Part shown: piece after piece, positions 17,361-24,964 of the stretch | Layout of the letters: each line of letters opens with the position of its first letter | Numbering within the stretch: position 1 is the stretch's first letter | NCBI GenBank assembly: GCA_012511735.1 | Contig: JAAZFK010000256.1 | Coordinates: 1-27,237, forward strand | Length of the DNA stretch: 27,237 bases | Direction: 5' to 3' | Source: Clostridiaceae bacterium | GTDB lineage: Bacteria > Bacillota > Clostridia > Saccharofermentanales > DTU023 | Position numbers and translations under genes: made by a program | The notes under the pieces: model-generated | Told to the model about the DNA's origin: nothing | Seen by the model: only the letters and a program-made list of their open reading frames with translations | Databases searched by the model: none

Positions 17361-17866
17361 GCTTCAGGGAAAGACCGGGGCAAGAGAGCCGAGGCGACAC
17401 AAAGACAAGCAATCCCCTCTCCCCGTCCGAAGGCAGTCAGACCTTCCCCCGTCGTCGCCGTAATGGCGACCCGGGAAAATGGGAGACCCGTCAAGGCGGC
17501 AATCTCAGTCCGCATGAGGTCAATCACATCCGCCAGATAGGGCCGCTGAGCCTCAATTGAAAAAGAAAGATGAGTCAGCCGGATATCGCCGAGCAGGGAC
17601 AAAGCTTCCTTGACATAGAGACGGCTGTCTGTTTGACCCTCGTCGCACATCCGGTCCGCCCGCTCACCCAGCACCCTTTGACCGCAAAGGCCTGAAAGCG
17701 CATTGGTGAGCGCGTGTAAGACGACGTCAGCGTCGCTGTTGCCTTCCAGGGGCGGGCAGCCTTCAATCCTGACGCCACCGAGCAGAAGCGGCCTGCCCTC
17801 AGACGCCGGATGATCCGGGGATAAAAAGCGATGGCTGTCCTGGCCGATGGCGCTGATCGAGATCAA
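17357..17866 (-). CDS. ispF: 2-C-methyl-D-erythritol 2,4-cyclodiphosphate synthase
   Basis: IGQDSHRF, LLGGV, SDADVVLHALTNA, AITATTGEGLTAFGRGEGIA; TTG start overlaps the upstream stop (TTGA). Confidence 0.9.
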   Translation of the reverse strand: MISISAIGQDSHRFLSPDHPASEGRPLLLGGVRIEGCPPLEGNSDADVVLHALTNALSGLCGQRVLGERADRMCDEGQTDSRLYVKEALSLLGDIRLTHLSFSIEAQRPYLADVIDLMRTEIAALTGLPFSRVAITATTGEGLTAFGRGEGIACLCVASALLPRSFPEA

Positions 17867-18501
17867 GAGTCCCTCCCTTCCCGGCCCTGACCGGATCCTG
17901 ATGCCTTGAGCACATGATAACCCTTGCCCCGGGCGACCGTCAGCACCCGGGCAAAAGAACGCTCAAGCTCCCTCGCGGCTGAGGCCGCCCCCTGCTTGAC
18001 CCGGATGACAAGCAAGACACAGCCGTCAGGGTTCAGGTTGTCCGCCGCCTGGCGAAAAAGCCGGTAGAGGACATCCTTGCCTGCCCTGATAGGCGGGTTG
18101 GTGACAATGCAATCAAAGGGGCCCCGGGGTACCCCGTCCATCTCCACCAGGGTCAGGCGGTGGTCAACCCCGGCGGCCCTGGCATTGACCCTTGTCAGGT
18201 CCAAAGCCCGTCTGTTGATGTCGGAAGCTGTCACGTACAGGGAGGGGCGAAGCGAAGCCAGGGCAATAGCCATGACGCCGACTCCCGTGCCCAGATCCAG
18301 CAAATGGCCCGGTTGATCCTTCAATTCCTTCAGTGCAGTCTTGACCAGCAAATCCGTGCCGGGATCAAGGCGGCGTCGCGAAAAGACACCGCTGTCACTT
18401 TGAAATACGAAGCGCCGGTCCTCCCACTCCACTTCAAAAGAGCCGTAGTCGTGAGGGGCTGCCGGATTCTTGTCGAAGTAATGGGACTGTCCGCCCTTCA
18501 T
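17863..18501 (-). CDS. Class I SAM-dependent methyltransferase (RsmC/YbxB-like, MTS family)
   Basis: SHYFDKNP, FQSDSGVFSRRRLDPGTDLL, LLDLGTGVGV, SDINRRAL, TNPPIRAGK, KQGAAS, KGYHVL. Confidence 0.85.
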   Translation of the reverse strand: MKGGQSHYFDKNPAAPHDYGSFEVEWEDRRFVFQSDSGVFSRRRLDPGTDLLVKTALKELKDQPGHLLDLGTGVGVMAIALASLRPSLYVTASDINRRALDLTRVNARAAGVDHRLTLVEMDGVPRGPFDCIVTNPPIRAGKDVLYRLFRQAADNLNPDGCVLLVIRVKQGAASAARELERSFARVLTVARGKGYHVLKASGSGQGREGRDS

Positions 18502-19136
18502 AAGTCTCTTCCCTCCCCATCATGGAATTCCGTCAGATAGACGCGCCGTGCCCAGGGTGTCTTCCTGAGCGCTGAAAGGAGAGGAAGACCCAGCCCCAGT
18601 ACGACCAGTGACTGGGAGACAAAAATGGCGCCCATGGTTCCGAGGATCAGGCCGGGATTGACCTGGCCCGGTCTGATCAGAAAGGGCAGGTAGGTGCCGA
18701 CCACCAGGGCGTTGAGCAGGACAGGCGGCAGGAGGGGGACAAGCAGACGGCGGGCGCGGTCAAGTCGGCTGACGGACCTGTCCCCTCGCTCTTCCCCAGC
18801 CAGTTGCCGCCGCCAGGGGCTTGCCAGCCGCCAGGTCAACCAGGCCGCCACCAGAGTGACGGCGCTGCCGGCCAGGCTGTCGATCAGACCCAGAGAAGCG
18901 GGATTCAGGAAATTAGCCAGGAGACAGCCCGCGAACACTCCCATGATGGCCGAAGGGAAAAGCGCGGGCAGGGCGGTCAGCGCCTCTGCCAGGCGAAGCT
19001 GAATCAGGGAAAAGCTCATGAAGGAGGTCGCCATGGTCAGGGCCAGGTATAGGGCGGCGACAAGCGCGCCCTGTGTCAGCCGGGTGAGTGCCGCCCCTTG
19101 CGGGCGCCTGCCTGCCGGAGGCCGGAGCGCGCCCAT
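18498..19136 (-). CDS. queT: QueT family transporter (queuosine precursor, ECF S-component type)
   Basis: ALVAALYLALT...SFSLIQLRLAEALTALP...GVFAGCLLAN...DSLAGS...PPVLLNALVVG pattern typical of QueT. Confidence 0.8.
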   Translation of the reverse strand: MGALRPPAGRRPQGAALTRLTQGALVAALYLALTMATSFMSFSLIQLRLAEALTALPALFPSAIMGVFAGCLLANFLNPASLGLIDSLAGSAVTLVAAWLTWRLASPWRRQLAGEERGDRSVSRLDRARRLLVPLLPPVLLNALVVGTYLPFLIRPGQVNPGLILGTMGAIFVSQSLVVLGLGLPLLSALRKTPWARRVYLTEFHDGEGRDL

Positions 19137-19143
19137 GGATCAG

Positions 19144-22100
19144 TCAGCTCCCGGCCTTGACAACCAGGAGGGCGAACTCCAGGGGGTAACCATTGATGTC
19201 CCATTCCTGAGCCTTGACTCCCTCCGGCAATTCCTGGCCCCGGTCAAAGTAGATCAGCTGGTCCGCCAGCACATCCGCCATGACGCTCTCGGCGTGTGCG
19301 TCAATGACCGGATCTTTGTCGGATCGCCTGACATAAAGATGAATGCGGTCGGTGACTTCAAAGCCGCTGGATCGCCGCATGGTCTGAATCTTGCTCACAA
19401 TCTCGCGGATCAGCCCTTCTTCGATCAGGGAGGGCGACAGGGCAGTCGCCAGCGCGACCTTGAGTTCGCCCGCACTCTCAATGGCATAACCCTCCGCGGG
19501 GACTTCTTCGATCAGCAGATCGTCAGCTGACAAGTCATAGACGGTTCCATCCAGCTCCAGACTGATCTGTCCCTCTTCCCGCAGGCGGGTCATGGTCTGC
19601 CGGCCCGGCAGGGCTTCAATCAACGGGCGGGCTTTGGGAAGATCGCCACCCATCAACCGGCCAAGTGTCCTCAGCTGGGGCTTGAAACGGTAGTCGATCA
19701 GGCTTCGGTCATCGTCCTCAAAGCGTAATTCTTTGATATTGAGCTCATCCCGGACCAGTTCCGACAGATCCGCGGATAAAGGCGCCGTACCGACCACCAC
19801 CATGCTGGCAAGCGGCTGCCTGATCTTCAGCTGCGCGTTATTCCTGGCGGCGCGCCCCAGCGATACAAGCTCGCGAACCCGCTCCATATCCTTTTCCAGC
19901 TGCGGATCGATCTTATCGGGATCCGCCTGGGGGAAATCACACATATGGACACTTGCCGGCTTGCCCGGTACGCGGCCCGCGACCAGGTTCCGGTAGACCA
20001 TCTCCGACATAAAGGGAGTGAAGGGGGCAATCACATGCGCCAGGGTGACCAGAAGATCGTGGAGGACCAGGTAGGCGGTAATCTTGTCCGGATCCATGTC
20101 AGGACCCCAATAGCGCTCACGCGACCGGCGGACATACCAGTTGGACAGGTCGTCGACAAAAGCTTCCAGCGCCCGGGCCGCGGTGGTGACATCACAGCTC
20201 TCCAGTCTCAGATCCACTTCCCGGATCAGGGAGTGGAGCCGGCTCTCGATCCAGCGGTCAATCACGGTCTTGAATTCATCGACAGGGAAATCTCTGTGAT
20301 CGGCCGGGTCGAAGCGGTCGATGTTGGCGTAGAGGACAAAGAAGGCATAGGTATTCCAGAAGGTCCCCATGAAGCGCCTTTTGGCCTCATTGACCGAACC
20401 CTCCGAGAAACGGGCGGACAACCAGGGCTGGCTGCCTGAATAGAACATCCACCGCATGGCGTCGGCGCCTTCCAGATCCAGGATATGGCCGGGCTCCACC
20501 ATGTTGCCCAGATGTTTTGACATTTTGACACCGTCTTGATCCAGCACGTGGCCCAGCACCAGACAGGTCTTGTAGGCCTCCCGGTCGAAAAGGGCGGTAC
20601 TGATGGCGTGCAGGCTGTAGAACCAACCCCGGGTCTGATCAATGGCCTCCGAGATAAAATCGGCCGGCATCCGCTCCAGGGTCAGCTCCTCGTTCTCAAA
20701 AGGATAATGGTACTGGGCAAAGGGCATGGCGCCCGAGTCATACCAACCGTCGATGACTTCAGGTACCCGGGTCATCCGGCCCTGGCATTGGGGACAGGTC
20801 AGGTGAACCCGGTCAATCATGGGTTTATGAAGTTCGATATCGTCAGGGCAGTCAGGTGACATGGCCTTCATCTCGGCGATGGATCCCACCATATGCAGGC
20901 CGTCGCAGGACTCACATTTCCAAACCGGCAGCGGGGTCCCCCAGTAGCGCTCACGCGAAACACACCAGTCGATGACGCTTTCCAGGAAATGGCCGAAGCG
21001 GCCGGGGCCGATGTGGCCGGGAATCCAATGAATCTTCCCGTTGTTCTCAAGGAGCTGGTCACGGAGCCGGGTCATTTCAATAAACCAGGCCGTCCTGGCG
21101 TAATAGATGAGCGGGGTATCGCAGCGCCAACAGAAGGGATAGGTATGCTCAGTCATGGTTTCGAACAGGAGCAGGTTCCACCGGCGGAGCAGATCAACCA
21201 GGCCCTGGTCGGCATCCTTGACGAAAACGCCTGAGAAGTCAGAGACCTCCGGCGTCATGGTGCCGTCTTCCGCCACGAACTGGAGCAGTGGCAGGTTATG
21301 GACCCTGCCCAGCCTGGCGTCGTCCTCACCAAAGGCGGGCGCCAGATGGACGATCCCCGTCCCGTCGGTCAGGGTGACATAGGGATCGGCGACGACATAA
21401 TAGGCGTCCTTGCCTGATTCCTCGACGGTTTCAAGCCCGTAAGGGTAAAGAGGCAAATAATGGCGCCCCACCAGGTCCTTGCCCAGGTATGTCTCCAGCA
21501 CACGGGCTTCAGGCCCGAAGACCTGTTGATAAAGTTCCTTGGCTACGATGTAACGCGGCTTGCCCGGCGAGCCGTCAGGTTCCCCGTCCACTTCACAAAG
21601 CACGTAGGGTTCATCGGCGTTGACACAGAGCGCCACGTTGGAAGGAAGGGTCCAGGGTGTGGTCGTCCAGACAGCAAAATAAGTATCGGGGTCGTCCTTG
21701 GAGCGAAACCTGACGTAGATGGATCGTTCCGAGATATCCCGGTAGCCCTGGGCCACTTCATGACTTGAAAGGGAGGTACCGCATCGCGGACAGTAAGGAA
21801 CCACCTTGTGTCCCTGGTAGATCAGGTCCTTGTCCCAGATCTGCTTCAGGGACCACCAGACCGATTCGATGTAGTCATTTTCGTAAGTGACGTAGGGATT
21901 TTCCATGTCGGCCCAGAAACCGATCCGTTCGGACATCTCTTCCCATTCGCTTTTATATTTCCAGACTGATTTTTTGCATTCCTGAATGAAGGCTTCCACA
22001 CCGAAGGCCTCAATCTGATCCTTACCATCCAGGCCCAGCCGCTTTTCGACCTCAAGCTCGACCGGCAGGCCGTGGGTATCCCAACCGGCCTTACGCGGCA

Positions 22101-22335
22101 CGTAGTAGCCTTTCATGGTCCGGTAGCGCGGAATCAGGTCCTTGATCACCCGGGTCAGTACATGACCGGCATGGGGCATGCCGTTGGCAGTCGGAGGTCC
22201 GTCATAAAAAGAGTAAATGGGCGCGCCTTCTCTGTTTTGCATGGACTTGTTGAAGATATCCTCTTCTTTCCAAAAGGTCAGGATTTCTTCTTCGCGTGGC
22301 ACAAAATTCAGGCCGCTGTCTACTTTTTCGTACAT
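19144..22335 (-). CDS. ileS: Isoleucine--tRNA ligase, type II (IleRS2)
   Basis: FYDGPPTANGMPHAGH, GWDTHGLPVE, WTTTPWTLPSN, GTGIVHLAPAFGEDD, WCVSRERYWGTPLPVW, KMSKHLGN, type II C-terminus (REIVSKIQTMRRSSGFEVTDRI). Start at ATG 22335 behind AGGAG. Confidence 0.97.
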   Translation of the reverse strand: MYEKVDSGLNFVPREEEILTFWKEEDIFNKSMQNREGAPIYSFYDGPPTANGMPHAGHVLTRVIKDLIPRYRTMKGYYVPRKAGWDTHGLPVELEVEKRLGLDGKDQIEAFGVEAFIQECKKSVWKYKSEWEEMSERIGFWADMENPYVTYENDYIESVWWSLKQIWDKDLIYQGHKVVPYCPRCGTSLSSHEVAQGYRDISERSIYVRFRSKDDPDTYFAVWTTTPWTLPSNVALCVNADEPYVLCEVDGEPDGSPGKPRYIVAKELYQQVFGPEARVLETYLGKDLVGRHYLPLYPYGLETVEESGKDAYYVVADPYVTLTDGTGIVHLAPAFGEDDARLGRVHNLPLLQFVAEDGTMTPEVSDFSGVFVKDADQGLVDLLRRWNLLLFETMTEHTYPFCWRCDTPLIYYARTAWFIEMTRLRDQLLENNGKIHWIPGHIGPGRFGHFLESVIDWCVSRERYWGTPLPVWKCESCDGLHMVGSIAEMKAMSPDCPDDIELHKPMIDRVHLTCPQCQGRMTRVPEVIDGWYDSGAMPFAQYHYPFENEELTLERMPADFISEAIDQTRGWFYSLHAISTALFDREAYKTCLVLGHVLDQDGVKMSKHLGNMVEPGHILDLEGADAMRWMFYSGSQPWLSARFSEGSVNEAKRRFMGTFWNTYAFFVLYANIDRFDPADHRDFPVDEFKTVIDRWIESRLHSLIREVDLRLESCDVTTAARALEAFVDDLSNWYVRRSRERYWGPDMDPDKITAYLVLHDLLVTLAHVIAPFTPFMSEMVYRNLVAGRVPGKPASVHMCDFPQADPDKIDPQLEKDMERVRELVSLGRAARNNAQLKIRQPLASMVVVGTAPLSADLSELVRDELNIKELRFEDDDRSLIDYRFKPQLRTLGRLMGGDLPKARPLIEALPGRQTMTRLREEGQISLELDGTVYDLSADDLLIEEVPAEGYAIESAGELKVALATALSPSLIEEGLIREIVSKIQTMRRSSGFEVTDRIHLYVRRSDKDPVIDAHAESVMADVLADQLIYFDRGQELPEGVKAQEWDINGYPLEFALLVVKAGS

Positions 22336-22386
22336 GGATCTTACTCTCCTTGCCGGTCGCCGGGCTACAATGCCGATATCCAAATG

Positions 22387-22416
22387 ATTATAGTGTCAGG
22401 CGTCCTCATGTGTCAA
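22387..22416 (-). promoter_or_regulatory. Perfect-consensus sigmaA promoter of the ileS operon
   Basis: TTGACA (22416-22411)-N18-TATAAT (22392-22387). Confidence 0.85.
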
Positions 22417-22664
22417 ACAAAAGAGGGGCCGGACCGCCTGTCATGGGCTGGTGCGAAAAGCATGAACGCCGACCTGATTTCTATGCATTTTGTCGGATCT
22501 TTTCACAATTGGTCACTCCCCCGATTTAGGCTTGAGACAAGTTATACCAGAGGGATCAGGCATTTTCACTACAGGCAATTGTGGCGGTGTTAACGGTATG
22601 TTCATAAATAAATGCTAGTTTGAAATTGGAGATTTCTCCACAGAGGATTCTTGAGGAGGTATTT

Positions 22665-24026
22665 ATGTTTGAAAAATCGTTTAAGCTCAAAGAACGCGGC
22701 GTGACCGTGAAGGGTGAGCTTGCGGCCGGTTTGACCACGTTTATGACGATGGCCTACATCCTGGCTGTTAACCCTGATATTTTGAGTGTGACGGGCATGA
22801 ATCCGGGCGGCGTTCTGATCGCGACAGCGCTGTCGTCCGCTGTCGCCTGCCTATGCATGGCCTTCATGGCCAACCTGCCCTTCGCCTTGGCACCTGGCAT
22901 GGGCCTCAACGCCTATTTCGCCTTTACGGTCGTGCTGGGCATGGGCTATTCATGGCAGTTCGCGCTCTTTGCCGTCTTCGTCGAGGGTCTGATCTTCATT
23001 GTACTCTCGCTGACCAACGTCCGGGAGGCCATCTTCAATGCCATCCCGCTCTCACTCAAGCACGCTGTCGGCGCCGGCATCGGACTCTTCATCGCCTTCA
23101 TCGGCCTGCAGAATTCCGGTCTGGTCCAGCCGGGCGCCACACTGGTCGAACTGGTTCCTTTCAAGGACACCATGGGTGGTATCGGGCTTCCGGCTCTTTT
23201 GACCCTGGTCGGCGTACTCATCATCGGTGTCCTGGCTTATAAGAAGATCAGGGGCTCTCTCCTGATTGGCATGTTCGCAGTCTGGATCATCGGCATCATC
23301 CTGCAGGCGGTTGGGCTCTACGTCCCCAACCCCGAAATCGGACTCTTCTCACTTTATCCCGCCTGGGGACTGCCTGATTTCGCGGGATTCGGCCAGATCG
23401 CAGGCCAGGCGTTCAGCTCGACAGCCTTTGCCAATTTCAATGTGGCTGACTTCCTGATCATCATGTTCTCCTTCCTCTTTGTCGATATCTTCGACACCCT
23501 GGGCACCCTGATCGGGGTCGCCGACAAGGCAGGTATGCTTGATGAAGACGGAAAGCTGCCCCAGATCAAAGGCGCGCTCATGGCGGACTCGGTCGGCACA
23601 GTCGTCGGCGCGGTTGCCGGTACCTCAACGGTCACCACTTATGTAGAAAGCGCCTCAGGTGTCGCCGAAGGCGGACGTACAGGGCTGACAGCCCTGACGA
23701 CAGGGGTTCTCTTCCTGCTCGCCATCATCCTGTCACCGATCTTTATCTCAATTCCATCCTTCGCGACCTCGGCCGCGTTGATCTACGTCGGCTTCCTCAT
23801 GCTGTCATCCATCCTCAAGGTGGACTTCAACGACATCTCCGAAGCCCTGCCCGCCTACGTCGCCCTCTTTGCCATGCCTTTCTTCTACAGCATCTCGCAC
23901 GGCATCATGTTCGGCATCATCTTCTACGTCCTGGTCAACCTGTTCAGCGGCAAGTTCAAAAAGATCAGCCCGCTCATGTACATCCTGGCACTCGCGTTTA
24001 TCCTGAAATTCGCTTTCTTGGGATAG
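22665..24026 (+). CDS. NCS2 family permease, AzgA/PbuG/PbuO-like purine transporter
   Basis: ELAAGLTTFMTMAYILAVNP, ANLPFALAPGMGLNAYF, VDIFDTLGTL, GTSTVTTYVESASGVAEGGRTGL; GAGGAGG SD before ATG 22665. Confidence 0.92.
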   Translation: MFEKSFKLKERGVTVKGELAAGLTTFMTMAYILAVNPDILSVTGMNPGGVLIATALSSAVACLCMAFMANLPFALAPGMGLNAYFAFTVVLGMGYSWQFALFAVFVEGLIFIVLSLTNVREAIFNAIPLSLKHAVGAGIGLFIAFIGLQNSGLVQPGATLVELVPFKDTMGGIGLPALLTLVGVLIIGVLAYKKIRGSLLIGMFAVWIIGIILQAVGLYVPNPEIGLFSLYPAWGLPDFAGFGQIAGQAFSSTAFANFNVADFLIIMFSFLFVDIFDTLGTLIGVADKAGMLDEDGKLPQIKGALMADSVGTVVGAVAGTSTVTTYVESASGVAEGGRTGLTALTTGVLFLLAIILSPIFISIPSFATSAALIYVGFLMLSSILKVDFNDISEALPAYVALFAMPFFYSISHGIMFGIIFYVLVNLFSGKFKKISPLMYILALAFILKFAFLG

Positions 24027-24065
24027 GACGCCGCACTTAACACATCAACAAATCCTCTGTTTTGA

Positions 24066-24097
24066 AAAGGGGCCGTCTCCATTGGGATGGCCCCTTT
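24066..24097 (+). terminator. Intrinsic terminator after the NCS2 permease (possibly bidirectional)
   Basis: AAAGGGGCCGTCTC-catt-GGGATGGCCCCTTT, 14-bp stem with two G-U pairs and short T runs on both sides. Confidence 0.65.
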
Positions 24098-24112
24098 CCT
24101 TCTGCCCTCTTC

Positions 24113-24141
24113 TTGCGGCTGCCGACCCTTTCATGTAGGCT
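24113..24141 (+). promoter_or_regulatory. Putative promoter ending 7 nt before the metallophosphoesterase ATG (leaderless candidate)
   Basis: TTGCGG-N17-TAGGCT, then 7 nt to ATG 24149; no SD. Confidence 0.45.
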
Positions 24142-24148
24142 TGTCTCG

Positions 24149-24964
24149 ATGAATCCGCCGCTTCTTATCCTGACCCTTGTCCTGACTCTTGGAGCCGTCT
24201 GCCTGCTCTACGGTTTCTTTCTGGAACCCTGCTGGATCAGGGCCAGGAAGTTTCGGATCGCCGGCAAGACTGGGCAGGAGGCGGCAGGCAAGACCTTTCT
24301 ATTTTTCTCAGATCTTCATACGGGTGCCAGGACCAGCCGTCGCAAACTTGACAGACAGATGCGGGCCATCATGAATATGAAGCCGGATGCCATCTTTTTT
24401 GGAGGTGATCTGGTGGAAGAAAGAACCCCCCTCTACCAGCCGGACTTTCGCGCCATGGTGGTCGACGCTCTGTCGTCGCTTGAGGCGCCCCTGGGCAAGT
24501 GGGCCATTTACGGCAACCACGATGTCGAGGCACCCCGTTTCCGGCAATGGGTCACCGATGTACTTGAGGAGTCGGGCTTCACCTTGTTGGAAAACCAGGG
24601 TGTAGAGCTTGAGGGATTGCCGGTCTGGGGTTTTGCCAACACCCATCACGGATCGCCGGTATTCGAAGCGGATCAGGATGGCAGGTTCACCCTCTTTTTA
24701 GTTCATGAATCCGACTGGTTTCCGGAAGCCCTGCCACAAAAGAGCCAGGGACTGGTCTTGACGGGACATTCCCATTATGGCCAGGTCACCTTCTTCGGCC
24801 TCCCCCTGATCCGGCCGGCGGGGGCGAAAAAATACTGGCGGGGCCACTACCCCCTGGGAGAAAATCTGTCCATGATTGTCAGCGCGGGATTGGGAACCGT
24901 GCATATCCACGCCCGCTTCTTCGCCCGGCCCGACCTCCTCTTTTTACGATTCGGAGAGAAATAG
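24149..24964 (+). CDS. Membrane-anchored metallophosphoesterase (calcineurin-like, YkuE-like)
   Basis: N-terminal TM then EP; SDLH, GGDLVE, YGNHD, VHESD, GHSHYGQ, SAGLGT...RFFARP. Confidence 0.85.
   Translation: MNPPLLILTLVLTLGAVCLLYGFFLEPCWIRARKFRIAGKTGQEAAGKTFLFFSDLHTGARTSRRKLDRQMRAIMNMKPDAIFFGGDLVEERTPLYQPDFRAMVVDALSSLEAPLGKWAIYGNHDVEAPRFRQWVTDVLEESGFTLLENQGVELEGLPVWGFANTHHGSPVFEADQDGRFTLFLVHESDWFPEALPQKSQGLVLTGHSHYGQVTFFGLPLIRPAGAKKYWRGHYPLGENLSMIVSAGLGTVHIHARFFARPDLLFLRFGEK

Noticed and set aside
22420-22660. Purine, ZTP or PRPP riboswitch before the NCS2 permease
   Set aside because: Conserved cores (e.g. purine TATAA...GATATGG...TTTCTACC) are absent; GCCGGACCGCCTG only loosely resembles the ZTP 3' end and lacks its 5' half.
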